Source: Octopus vulgaris (taxonomy: Eukaryota). Taken from it: DNA of 64,000 bases. The stretch spans positions 76,384,001 to 76,448,000 of the forward strand of contig OX597823.1 in the NCBI GenBank assembly GCA_951406725.2, given 5' to 3'. A program made the translations under genes and the position numbers. The notes beneath the pieces were generated by a model. The model ran no database searches and was not told the origin of the DNA. It saw only the letters and a list, made by a program, of their open reading frames with translations. Below are positions 13,051 to 25,569 of the stretch, one piece after another. Each line of letters starts with the position of its first letter. Position 1 is the first letter of the stretch.

Positions 13051-14845
13051 GGCATTTAATTATTAAAAGTCCTAGTATTTATATTCAAAGATACAAATAT
13101 GATGTCTGAATAAGGTATTATTATGTGAGTAAAAAACAGGGTCCAAAACCTATGTGAGAACAGAGAGAAAGTGTAAAAGAGATGGGCGAAGAAAAATGTG
13201 GCGCAACAAAATAGAAGACAAACTAACTATTATGAACATAAAAATAAAAATAAAAAATAGGAGAAGGAAAACAAAGAAAGAGAGAGTGAAAGAAAAAACA
13301 GATGAGAATAAACACATATTTTATTGTATCGTGTGTCTAATAATATATTTATTGTGAGATTGTAGGAAATAAAACAGTAAAAGAGACGGAGAGAAAAATC
13401 TGAGCCGGATTGTGGGTGAGTGTGAAGAATAAATAATAAATATTTAGATACAGAAAGCACAGATTGAAAGAAAATTCCAGTAAAAGATAAAAACAATAGA
13501 AGGAAATATTGTGAAATAAAAATGTTCGCAATAAAATACAATGACATCAAATATAATAAAGCGAAAATGTTTACAATAATTGAAGCAAACTATAATTCAG
13601 TAAAAGGAAATGGAAAAGTTTGCAATATTCACAAGATAAAACCAAGTCCTTTTGCCAATATCTAGAGAAGAAGACAAAGAAGACATAATAGTTTATTTCA
13701 CTGTTTCTTATGTATGCAAAATATTTTCGAACAACATTTAACTACTGGTATGGGGGAGAGCTTTGACATTAAATTTGATATAAGATAAATATATAGCTCC
13801 AAGGTGCTTCTAGACAGGAACAAAGAATTATAAAGCCATACCAAAATTTTCAGGAAATTATGAAGAATTTCCACCGATAAATTTGATGAGTAGTCATTGC
13901 TCATGAATATAAAGTTTCTTAGGATAAACTTATGATGATGATGACAGTGTGAGACTAGCTCATTCTATGAAATCAGTAAGCTGATTGGTGATATAAAGAT
14001 GAAAAATTTCCTATTTCTTTATTGGCAGTATGATCCAGCAACTCAAGAATACGGTTTAACTAATTCTACTTCTGGCCACACTGTTTTAAAATATATATAA
14101 TCAACACAATTTAGCTGCTGTGTACATTGCTAGAGAAAAGTGGTGTTTCTTCTTTTGTTATGTTTAAAAAGTAACTTTTTGTACCCACCTTTTACTTTCT
14201 ACTGGTTTCAGACATAGGCTACGACCATATATATATGTATATATATACACATGTATACACACACTCACACACACACACACACACACATATATATCTGATT
14301 TGCAAGGTTCACGTTTGGTACAAAATACCTAAATACCTGCTGTGTATTGAGCTTTTTTTACCATAAACCTCAAATAAAGTAATGTATACACAGCTTCATG
14401 AGGTTGTTTAACAAAAGAAATATTGTTGTTGTAATCGAAGTAGTCCTTTCGCTGATACCAGATATTGAGGTGTTCTTGCTAAATATTTCGTGCCATTTCA
14501 CCAGTTCTGGAAGCTATACTTATAACAGAAGGTGAGTTGTACCAGTGCATTTCAAAATAAGTACCAGTTAATTACTGGAGGTCAATGCAATCGACCATCC
14601 ACTTCCTGCCTAAAACTCCAAGTTTCGTTCCTATAGCAGAAAAGATCATCATCTTCGTCTTCATCATCATCATCAAGCTGGTAGCTAGAAGAATCGTTAG
14701 CATACCAGACAGAATGTTAGGTGACATTTCTTCAGAGTTCAAATGTCACTGAGGTTGACCTTGCTTTCATCCTTTCTGGATTAGAGATTGATGTAATAGA
14801 CGCCCGCACCTCAAATGCTGTTAACCCCTTGCCAAAAATTTGAAC

Positions 14846-14890
<45 letters not shown>

Positions 14891-14907
14891 CATTATTATT
14901 ATTATCA

Positions 14908-14938
<31 letters not shown>

Positions 14939-14946
14939 TATTATTA

Positions 14947-15037
<91 letters not shown>

Positions 15038-15063
15038 CATCATTGTTATTATTATTATTAATA

Positions 15064-15278
15064 AGGCAACGAGTTGGCAGAAACGTTAGCATGCCAGACG
15101 ACACGCTTTGTGGTATTTCAGCTGTTGCTACGTTCTGAGTTCAAATTCTGCCGACGTCAACTTTGCCTTTCATCCTCTCGGGGTCGATAAATTAAGTACC
15201 AGTTGCATACTGGGGTCGATCAAATCGACTGACCCCCTCCCCCAAATTTTCAAGTATTGTACCTGTAGTAGAAAGGAC

Positions 15279-15280
<2 letters not shown>
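15064..15280 (+). mobile_element. SINE family B (tail2 type)
   Basis: aggcaacgagttggcagaaacgttagc...gagttcaaattc...gtagtagaaagg followed by (ATT)n. Confidence 0.8.
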
Positions 15281-15311
<31 letters not shown>

Positions 15312-16017
15312 GTTGGTGAGCCATCAGGATCGTTACTATGCCAGACAAAATGCATAGTGGCATTTCTTTTGGCACAAATGCAATCAAGGTTGAATATGTT
15401 TTCCACTTTTTAGTGTCAAGAAAATGAGTACCAGTTGTATACTGGGCTCAGTATAATCGACTAATCCTCCTCTCTTAAAATTTTAAGGCTTTGAACCTAA
15501 AACCGAATGGTTTGTTGTTATTATTTTGGAGAGCTTTTCCTCGTTTATATGTACTGTATTTCTTCAGGAAATTCCTTCATTTAATGAAACCATAGTATAG
15601 ATCTAAACAATTAAAATTTCCTTCGTCAATGAGAGACTAATGATGTAGAGACTAATGACAATTACTTGATTATTCAAAACTCTCTGGGGCCACTGGAAGA
15701 CTTATTAATTTATGCTAACTTATCAACTTTTTCCTTACAATTTTTTTAAATTGCTATTAACTTTTGGAAACCCTGTGGAGTTATATATATCTTCTCACTC
15801 AGATTTATATCAAGAACATGCTAAGAGCTATTCATTATTCTGCATTATTTAGCATGATAGAAATTTTTGTTAGCTTTCGAATTTTATTCCAGTTTATTTT
15901 CCCAATATTGGCATGAAAACTTATTTTTTCAGGACTTGATACAGTTAGACTTTGCGTGTGAGAAGCACTGTATATGAATTAGCACAGGACAGATTGCCTT
16001 ACAGTATACAGTGAAGC

Positions 16018-16084
<67 letters not shown>

Positions 16085-16085
<1 letters not shown>

Positions 16086-17071
16086 TGTTTGACTTTTGCT
16101 TTATATTTGTACAAGTTGGCTCCAAGTCTCACCCAGAGACCTCAAGAGGCAACAGGTTGGAAGTTCATGTTGTTGTTATGCCTAGTGTGCCATATATTGG
16201 GGGGGGGTTGTACTAGTGAATGTCCCAAAAAAAAACGAAAATTATGTTTGTTTAAACCCTGAGATTACATAGAAGGTATTTTGCGTAGGATATGAGAAAT
16301 TCCCATGAGCACTATCTTTTGAATTTCTGCCATTTTTGGGTTTCCTGGTATCTGAGTTAGGCAGCAATCAGCACCTTTCGCAATCATTCCCAGGTCACCT
16401 ATGACAACAGGTATTGTTTTAGTTTTCAGGTTCCAAATTTTGCTGATTTCTATTTCAAGATCTTTATATTTGCTCAGTTTTTGGTAGGTCTTGACAGATA
16501 TGTTTAATATCGATTGGGACAGTCATATCAATGAGGAGGCATGTTCTTTGTCTGAAGTCTTTCAGTATGATGTCTGGCCTATTTGCATCAATCTTTCTGT
16601 CAGTTTGAATGGTGAAGTTCCAGAGGAGTGAGATGTGGTCATTTTCAAGCACTGGAGGTGGTTTGTGTTCCCACTTGTTTTTTTCATGGAGCAAGTCTAG
16701 GTTTTTGCAAATTACCCAGTGAATATATTGTGCAGCTCTATCATGCCTGTTGAGATACTCTGTAGGCGCTAGAAGACTGCACTTGGAGACAACATGATCA
16801 ATGGGTTCATTTTGTTGTTGACATACACGACATGTTGGGCTACTGCCGTTCTTTGATATGTTGGCCTGGTAGTTTCTTGTTGGTAGGCATTGATCTTGAG
16901 CTGCTATGATAAACCCGTCTGTTCCAGATTTTAAGCCAGAGGCCATTAGCCATTGATGGGTGAGGGCTTTGTCAACATCTGCATTATTCGCTCTCTTTGG
17001 GTATTTGCCATAGAGAGGTTTTTCTTGCCATTTATCATTCAGAATATCTAAGGCCGCAGTTTTAGCACGGG
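16085..17071 (-). mobile_element. R4/Dong-like non-LTR retrotransposon, 5'-truncated (zinc knuckle + restriction-like endonuclease + 3' UTR)
   Basis: IIAAQDQ, CRVC...EPIDHVVSKC (CCHC), YLNRHD, NRPDII...LLIDMTVP (PD..D RLE). A frameshift near 16500 continues KLSKYKDLEIEISKIW...PVVIG.LG...IQKIVLMGISHILRK to a stop at ~16265. (TAA)n on both flanks. Confidence 0.9.
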
Positions 17072-17142
17072 TTATTATTATTATTATTATTATTAGTAGT
17101 AGTAGTAGTAGTAGTAGTATTATTATTATTATTATTATTATT

Positions 17143-17174
<32 letters not shown>

Positions 17175-17313
17175 TATCATCGTCATCATCATACAAAAAC
17201 TCAGTTAATTTTGCTGGGTATGATGGGAAGTGTCAGCTGTCCATGCCCAGCAGACTAAGGTGACAATTGTTTACTGGTCACGCTTCAAGAACCCATTATT
17301 ATCATTATTATTA

Positions 17314-17369
<56 letters not shown>

Positions 17370-17776
17370 GTTTTTTTTCTTCTTTCAAATTTGCTTCCAT
17401 TTCTTGCCGAGTGTCTTCCCGACTCCTAGGGCAAAGAAACTCATAGTATACATTGGTAGGCCATTAAACCAAACTCAGTAGTTCGTTCATTTTTTTTTTT
17501 TTTAAAGTTAAATTAAAATACATGAGCAGCAACTGTTCTCACATCGACAATGCTCTTCTCAATACGTGTGATGTACCAGTTAAGACAATCTTTTGCACTT
17601 CTTGCAGGGATGGTATGCCAGGGATCATTCTCATATAATTTTCGGTTCCCTTCTTGATCATTCCTAGTGCTCCTACGATCACTGGTATTGTAACCGCCTT
17701 GAGATGCCACATTTTCTCAATTTCAATGAGTAGGTCTTTATATATTCTGAGCTTGTCAAACTCTTTCGCTGAGATA
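17370..17776 (-). mobile_element. Second R4/Dong-like 3' fragment (different family)
   Basis: KEFDKLRIYKDLLIEIEKMWHLKAVTIPVIVGALGMIKKG...QKIVLTGTSHVLRRALSM*, followed by a 3' UTR ending in (TAA)n. Confidence 0.85.
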
Positions 17777-18989
17777 TTATAATTATTATTATTATTGTTA
17801 TTATTCTTCTTCTTCTTCTTCTTCTTCTTCTTATTATTATTATTATTATTATGATTATCATCATCATCATTATTATTATTATAGTGGTGAGTTGGCAGAA
17901 TTGTTTGCATGTCAGGCACAATGCTGCTTAGCATTTCATCTGTCTTTACGTTCTGAGTTCAAATTCTGCCACGGTCAACTTTGCCTTTTATCCTTTTGGG
18001 GTCAAGAAATTAAGTACCTTGTGCCTTTAGTAGAAATGATTATCATTTTTATTATCATCATCATCATCATCGTCATCATCATCACAGTAAAGTTCCATTA
18101 ATCTAGCATCCAATTGTTTTGACATAACCTCTTATCCATCACTTCCTTTTATATGCATTACCAATTTTCGTAAGGGCCCCCCACTAGCCATTAACATCAT
18201 TTGTTTATTGCTTGTATTCAATTTGAAAAGATCAGTACCTAAAGGGTTTTGTATCTGCCTTTATCTACTTAAATATTTTCAATTCATTCGTGAAAAATGT
18301 CTTACGATGTTACTATGTGTAAACAATTCGGGAAACGTGTGAAAAGTAGCTTTTAACTTAACAATTATATCTGGATATTGAAACAATGCAGCATTTGGAA
18401 AAGGTGAAAACCGGAACGCTACTGTGCATGAATAGAGAATGGGTTCTATACCACGAGTAACAATTAGGAACAAAAGCATTGGTTTTACAGCAATTTATGC
18501 TTGACTTGAAAGAAAAAACAAAAAAGAAAACAGACTAAGTGTTATAAATATTAAAAATTGAAACAATTTCAGTACAAGATGCAATGGTGTATATGTGGTT
18601 TGGTGCAAAGCGATCTTAGTAAATGGATTTCTGAACCAATGATCTTTGAAAATGATGAGTAATTACACAAAGATAGAAGTATCATGGAAGCATGTGTTTA
18701 TAGTTAGGTACTTCTGAAGGTTTTAAATGTGGCATAGCATTGGTAAATATGATGTATCTGACAAATAGAAGCTGACAGAAGCCGAGGCTGCTGAAAAATA
18801 CAATTTCCTTTTTGATTATTTGATGATGTGCTTAAAAAGTATGTTGTTGTTTGTAACTGAGTTTTGATAGTTTGGCACATTTTATATTCCAAGTCTACCT
18901 AGGAGCTGAGCGCATTGGATAAGTAGCACTGAACTACATTATTATTATTATTATTTTTATTTTTTTTTTTTTATTATTATTAATATTAA

Positions 18990-19107
<118 letters not shown>

Positions 19108-19127
19108 ATTTTTATCATTATCATTGA

Positions 19128-19315
19128 GTAAGAGAGCAGTGCATTCCATCAAAGTGGCACTGGGGTTGTCATCCAACATGAATACCCGTCTGATAAAGGT
19201 ACACATGGCACATGCATCTCATACGAAGATTAACAATGTATGACTTTGCAGGTGGGGTCCAGTTAGAATTTTCTTCAGGTCGTGCGGCCCATCTCACTCA
19301 AAAGGTCTCTGAATA
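19128..19315 (-). mobile_element. Family E retroposon, truncated copy
   Basis: Matches one end of 40265-40800 and abuts a (TAA)n tract. Confidence 0.75.
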
Positions 19316-20439
19316 ATATGGCAGGACCATGAGTACACCAGTCAAAATGCTTAGTCGCACTTCATCCACCTTTATATTCAGAGTTCAAATTCTGCCAAGA
19401 CCATCCTTTGAAGGCTAATTAAACAAGTACCAGGCAAAAACTAGGGTCCATGCAATCATCTTCTACCTCTCAAAATCTGTTACCCTTCTGCCAAAATTTA
19501 AAAGCATTATTAAGGCAGTGAGTTGTCAGAATCGTTAGCATGATGAACAAAACTACACTGCTCATATGATAGCAAAACTCATTAGCAAATAGCACATTGC
19601 TTAGATGTGGAGACACACACACACATAAGTGCTGTCCAGTTGCAACCAAGGAAGACCATCACTGACCATTGCCCATGCAAAGTATCAGAAATGCTCATGC
19701 AGGAGATTATTGTACCAGCAGTCGGCTTCACCCAGGTTGGCATTCGTGACTTTCTTGCTCACCATATCACCCTCATACTCAACAAGACATTGGATAATTG
19801 CCTTGCCGGTGATTGCATGACCTAAAATTTTAGGCCTAATAAGGTTTGCACAGAATCTCACAGACCCTTTCTCCCATACTGACATGTCCCGGAGATAAAC
19901 CAGAGCAAGGTATCTGATACCAAGCTTGGGTTGCAAGCCCAGGAATATGAGAGTATCATCATCTCAAATTCAAGCAAAAGATCTCCAAAGTGTTCAATAC
20001 CATTTCCTATATATCTAGTTTCATATCTGAGTAACCTTCTCCTAGAGACATACTTTAACAAAACCTGAGAGGAGCCTCACTTCTAGTGGTTTTTAAGCAA
20101 GTTGGGCACCAACACAGGATTTCTGAGTACCTGTGCTATTACTAGATAGTTGTAAAACCTACTTTAGGTCTGCCCTTCCTTTTAACAAGTCTTGCTCTTC
20201 CTCCTGCTGAGATACATAAAATTAGTTTTCTTCAGTTTCCGTTTGCCTAAACCACCCACAAACTTCATCAACACGGGGAAACAGTATACTGGATACTGGA
20301 TTGTTTTCATGTTGAACCTCCTAGAAGCTTGTTCACAGGTCCTTTTCCACTAGTACAATTAATTTGTCATGCGTGGTACAACACTTCAACACTTGTAGCT
20401 AATAGTAACAGACAGTGTCAAATTTTGCAGGAAGCTCCC

Positions 20440-20670
20440 TTCAGTGTGCATCAAGCCTTTTCTTGAAGGCATTGACTGATGGAGCTGTGACCATACTGTT
20501 TGGTAGACTGTTCCAGGTGGTGGTCACACGCTGTATGAAAACGGAGCTTCTAATGTTGAGCCTGCAGTGTGATCTTTCCAATTTCAGGCTGTCTCCTCTC
20601 GTATTTCTGCCTTTGGAAGTAGTTGAATTTGGGGCGGTTGGTCAGGTGCAGGCCGTGCGTATACTTATAC
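20440..20670 (-). mobile_element. CR1-group LINE, 3' end of ORF2
   Basis: Minus strand reads NTRGDSLKLERSHCRLNIRSSVFIQRVTTTWNSLPNSMVTAPSVNAFKKRLD, a typical CR1 ORF2 C-terminus (TRGH..KL...FS.RV...WN.LP...FK..LD). Confidence 0.8.
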
Positions 20671-21036
20671 ATGTTGGTCATATCCCCCCCCCCCCCCCAC
20701 TGAGAAAAAACAATTGCCTGAGGTGCTAATTAACGGGTCTGATTTGAGAACTCTGTGGTTGGGAGCAAACTATTTAACCACATAGTGTGAACTTAGCTAG
20801 CAATTATAATTTTCTAATTTTGGGTCAAACGTTTGTTTTACATTTCTTCCCATAAAGCCATAAATGTTAGATACGTAAACACTTATACAACACTAACAAA
20901 TACACACACAATATATACATCTGTTATCTGTCTATCTCTGTATATGCAGGCATCTATACATATATGTATGTATTTACGCACATACACATATATATACATA
21001 CATAATACATGTACATTATAATGCGTACATACATAC

Positions 21037-21084
<48 letters not shown>

Positions 21085-21387
21085 CATATATATATATATA
21101 CATATATATTTATATACGCACAAATATTCTAATTATTGTTAAGAGGTTTCATTACTCTGGCTAATTCAACCAAGTCAAAAGCTACTTAATTCTATTTTCA
21201 GTATTTATAACAGTAACGCTGCCCTACTGATCTCCAGGTAATCAATAATTACCTTAAAAATATATAATTAAAGCAAAAAGTAAACATTAAAAAAATTTTT
21301 ACGAAATAACAACATGTTTCTGCACTAACCAACACCTTTCAACCAGATTATGCACTATCAGCATTATTATTATCATTACTATTATTA

Positions 21388-21445
<58 letters not shown>

Positions 21446-22309
21446 CATTATTATTATTATTATTATCGATGCTAATCATCGCTACTCTTGTTGTTGTTGT
21501 TGTTGTTGTTGTTGTCAGGAGCTGAAGTAGCGGTACTACCAAGTCTATCAATTAACAAATAGTGCAATTCACCTTTGTATTATATTTTCTGTGTAAAAGG
21601 AGATGTTTTGTAACGTGACTAGTACACGTTTGTGTCTTTACTCTCCATTGAAAAAGGAGTGAAGTCATTAATATCTCTTTGTGGAAAACATTCATAAATA
21701 GATGTTCCTCATTAACTAAATTGGATTAATGAAGTGCTTTGTTTATTTTAGAAATTTGTGTAGGTTCTTTTGTCTTTGGTTGTTTTTAAAATTCCGTTTG
21801 AAATGCTTGATGATTGTTGAAAGTTATTTGAAAGCGGAAGCTATAGCAAAGAGTACCCTTACCTTTTAGGCAAAATGGAAGGGCGTGTCCATAACTTGAG
21901 ACTAGCGAGAGTGTGGAAGGAATGCATGCATAGCTGTGTGATTAAAAGGATGCTTTCCAACCACATGGTTCTTGGTTCATTCCCATTGCATGGCATCTTG
22001 CGCAAATGTCTTCTACTATGGTCTTGGGTCAATCAAAACCTTGTGAGTGGATCTGGTAGATGGAAACAGAAACAAGCCTGTTGTGTATATACACACACAA
22101 ACACACACACACACATATATATATATAGTTGGAAATGGATGCATGGCATTCCATTAAATAATAATAATAAATAATATATATATGTATATATATTTTCAAA
22201 ATGTAACCATATTATTTACATATATAAATAAATATATATATGTATGTGTGTGTGTGTGTGTGTGTATATATACATGTATATATATGTATATATATGTATA
22301 TATACATTT

Positions 22310-22512
22310 TCAAAATGTAACCACATGTGAATCGTTGGCGATTTTCATTTTCTCCGTCTTCCTTTACTGTTGGACTTTCCTCTGTTTCTGAAGAAGTACT
22401 TTGCTCGAAACGTTAAACCACCTTCCACACTTTCCCTGAGTGTCTGCTAATACTTTACATGTACCACACCTTGATTGTTGTCATTTTGTATTTTTCCTTG
22501 TGTTTTTTATTT
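22310..22512 (+). mobile_element. PLE pLTR-like stub with degenerate minimal hammerhead
   Basis: 22384-22418: gttt-CTGAAGA-agtactttgctc-GAAA-cGTT-aaac; downstream tttccctgag...taatac...gtaccacacct resembles the 9671-9880 stub. Confidence 0.5.
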
Positions 22513-22517
22513 ACTAC

Positions 22518-22619
<102 letters not shown>

Positions 22620-22753
22620 CTAAATGAAAGAATGGAGTCGAACGAAGATGTTAACAAACTTCCTTTACTCTCGACATATTTTTAGAAGACAACATCTTTT
22701 CATTCCAAAGGAATAAAGGGTGCATTACAGATGAAGACCGAACCATTGAACCA

Positions 22754-24337
22754 TTGAACCCTAGGCAACCCAGATTCATCTTAAAGGACCACAAGCAGAA
22801 CTTTCATACTAACCCAGCATTGCGGCTCATATGCCCTTCCAGTTCAGACAACGGTACCCTTAGTAAATACATATTAGATAAGTATATCCCTATATTAATT
22901 AATAAATTAAAATTTAGCTTATGGTCCAATTCTGTTCAAGTCGTTGATTGGTTTACTTTTATTACTGATAAGGCCAACACTAAATTTATCCAATTCGATA
23001 TATCTAGTTTCTATTCATCAATCAACCCTATTATACTTAATAAGGCCCTATGGCACGCACACAATAAGGCAGGCCTCTCCAGGGAGGAAATTAGTGTGAT
23101 ATTGACTGCTAGGAAATCTTTCATCCAGTTCGATAGCAAGTTGTGGGTCCGTAGAGATACCCCTAATGCGTTTGATGTACTAATGGGAAGTACAGACAGC
23201 GCCAAGATAGCCGATTTGGTCGGAATTTATATTCTTTATGAAATGGCCGACCAATTCCCGGACATCTGTGGAGGTCTTTATCGCGACGATTGTCTGCTTT
23301 ACCCCCAAAACGTTTCGAACCAAAAAATACAGAAGGTTAAGAACAGATTAGTTAGGTTTTTTAGTAGAATGGGCTTGCGCATAGTTTTTTACGATGAATT
23401 AACTAAAGCCAACTTCTTAGACATTACCCTCAATTTACAGAATAACTCATACTTCCCTTATCATAAACCTTCCACAAATCTTAAGTATATTAGCATTTTC
23501 AGTAATCATGCCAGGCCAATTACCGATAATTTAGTTAAAAACATATCTCTGAGACTGTTCATTTTATCTGCTAATGTCGACATCTTTAACCAAAAGGCAG
23601 ACTTCTATAACGCCGCCTTGTTAAGAGCCGGTTATAAGGAGAAATTGTCATACATCGACTCAGCTCATTCTAAACCAACATCTGCTTCTCCAGATAGTAA
23701 AGTTACTCGTAATAGGAATAATGATTTCAATTCTAATAGTGCCGGCAACCCTGCACATAAAATAAATTCTTTACGGACTAGGGGAGGTAAGCGCCATGCA
23801 ACCCCAAATTTCCAACCCAGAAGTTTTCCCCTTACTATCACAAATAACACTAAGAACAATTCAAAGGCCACAAAAAACTGTATCTGGTTCATAATACCTT
23901 TCGGAAAACAAATTAAATCGAACCTTCCCTTACAGTTCAGTGAAGCCGTTGCTAGGAACTTTCCCAGAAATTCTAGATATCATTCTATTATCAATTCCCA
24001 CAAGGTCAGAATCGCTTTCTCTAACACTAGGAATCTTTCTCAAATTATATCTTCCCACAATACCAAGCTGCTAAACAAAGATTCTTCACCCGGGAGTTTC
24101 AACACTAATCTTGCTAAGTCCAACCCATCATACAATCATAATAATAGGAATAGTATTAATAGTAACAGCATTGGTAGCAGCGAAAGTGTTAACAATGATA
24201 ATATTAATAATAGTATTAGTCGTGTTAATAACAAAGGTAGTGTTGATGGTAACAACAATAACGGTATTATTGTCGGTATTAATGGTATTAATGTTGTAGT
24301 ACCATTAATAATACTAATAATAATAGAAATAGTGTAG
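22754..24337 (+). CDS. PLE reverse transcriptase (N-terminally truncated; frameshifts near 24295 into the endonuclease frame)
   Basis: 527-aa ORF with LKDHKQNF..P..RLI.P, FIQFDISSFYSSI, FDVLMGSTDSAKIADLVG, GLYRDD (catalytic), NFLDITLNL...PYHKP...YI...SNH thumb. Confidence 0.85.
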   Translation: MNPRQPRFILKDHKQNFHTNPALRLICPSSSDNGTLSKYILDKYIPILINKLKFSLWSNSVQVVDWFTFITDKANTKFIQFDISSFYSSINPIILNKALWHAHNKAGLSREEISVILTARKSFIQFDSKLWVRRDTPNAFDVLMGSTDSAKIADLVGIYILYEMADQFPDICGGLYRDDCLLYPQNVSNQKIQKVKNRLVRFFSRMGLRIVFYDELTKANFLDITLNLQNNSYFPYHKPSTNLKYISIFSNHARPITDNLVKNISLRLFILSANVDIFNQKADFYNAALLRAGYKEKLSYIDSAHSKPTSASPDSKVTRNRNNDFNSNSAGNPAHKINSLRTRGGKRHATPNFQPRSFPLTITNNTKNNSKATKNCIWFIIPFGKQIKSNLPLQFSEAVARNFPRNSRYHSIINSHKVRIAFSNTRNLSQIISSHNTKLLNKDSSPGSFNTNLAKSNPSYNHNNRNSINSNSIGSSESVNNDNINNSISRVNNKGSVDGNNNNGIIVGINGINVVVPLIILIIIEIV

Positions 24338-24815
24338 TTGTTAGCGCTAATAATAATAGTAACAACAATCATAACAACAAAAATTTCGTTTCGATCTCGG
24401 AGGACAACCCCAACAGAATTAAATTTTTGTCTAGTAATTCTAAGATTAAGAATTCTATTTACCAGTGTAGAATTTCTTCCGGTACCGATGTCTTCTTCTA
24501 TATAGGAGCGTCCACTTCCCAGTTATCCAAGAGAATTTCAAACCACTATTCAACATTCAGGGATAGTAAAAAAACGACATAGTACAGGGCTAGGTAAATT
24601 AGTTTGGCGTCTTAAAGACAACAATGTAAATTTCAAGTTGGATTGGTTCATACGGTCTATCCTTTCCTTTTGATAAGGGCAGGAGATTTTGTAACATTTG
24701 TAACTCTGAACTCTTCCATATTCTTTTCTCTAAGGTTCCCCTAGTAAATACACTCATAGAAAAATCATACAAATGTAAACACTGGCAGAAACACACTTTC
24801 TACTCATATAAATGA
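24301..24815 (+). pseudogene. GIY-YIG endonuclease domain of the PLE, two +1 frameshifts
   Basis: NSIYQCRISSGTDVFFYIGASTSQLSKRISNHYSTF; shift in the A-run ~24570 to RHSTGLGKLVWRLKDNNVNFKLDW; shift ~24668 to FCNICNSELFHI...LVN...KCKHWQKH, stop at 24813-24815. Confidence 0.85.
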
Positions 24816-25090
24816 TAACGATAGTCACTGTGGTTTGCACAGTTAGCTTTACGTCCACCCCACTTCTATAAAGAAATTCTTTCCTAAGCCTTCGAATATT
24901 CTTTCAATCAACGTTCCCTTCCCTCACCACTTGTTCCCTACCTATTATTCCTTTGACCCTTCTCTTCCTACTATCTATCTTTGACGTCAATTCTTCTAAC
25001 AGTTTTTTTTAAAAAAACACTCATTATCACTTTGTTTACCATGTAGGCAGTCATCGAAATTTTTGTTTGTCTTGTTGTCGAGAGAGGCTC

Positions 25091-25183
25091 CCTTTCTTTC
25101 CTGATGAGAAGATTCCATAATGCACCCTATATTCCTTTGGAATGAAAAGATATTGTCTTCGAAACATATGTCGAGAGTAAAGG
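25091..25183 (+). ncRNA. Type I hammerhead ribozyme in the PLE 3' pLTR
   Basis: Stem I ctttc/gagag (extended by ccttt/aaagg), CTGATGA 25101-25107, stem II gaaga/tcttc, GAAA 25161-25164, palindromic stem III ACATATGT, cleavage triplet GTC ending at 25172. Confidence 0.8.
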
Positions 25184-25380
25184 AATTTTGTTAACATCTT
25201 CGTTCGACTCCATTCTTTCATTTATTCATATACAACACACAAATTTCTGCACATGAACCCGGAGTTTCTACCCTTGACAGGTCGCTTCAACCGTGTTTCT
25301 GACGTGAATTTGCTACCCAGGTTTCGGTTAAACGAATTTTCCATGCTGACGATAAACATAGGATAATTCATTCACCTACT

Positions 25381-25488
<108 letters not shown>

Positions 25489-25569
25489 CATGCACATATA
25501 TATGTGTGTGTGTTATATATATATATATGCATATATGGATACAGGATGTCACCAACTGTGTAAACAACA

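Larger units (their letters stand above)
22620..25380 (+). mobile_element. Penelope-like retroelement (Naiad-like), 5'-truncated, with inverted pLTR segment at its 5' end
   Basis: RT + GIY-YIG frame and a 3' hammerhead. 22620-22727 is the reverse complement of ~25118-25225. Both ends abut (TA)n. Confidence 0.9.

Noticed and set aside
19560-20110. Possible decayed L1/Tx1 ORF2 fragment
   Set aside because: Too degenerate to support by eye.
24671-24676. In-frame TGA in the PLE endonuclease as possible selenocysteine (reported for some Naiads)
   Set aside because: TGA is immediately followed by TAA, and homology continues in another frame, so it is a frameshift artefact.
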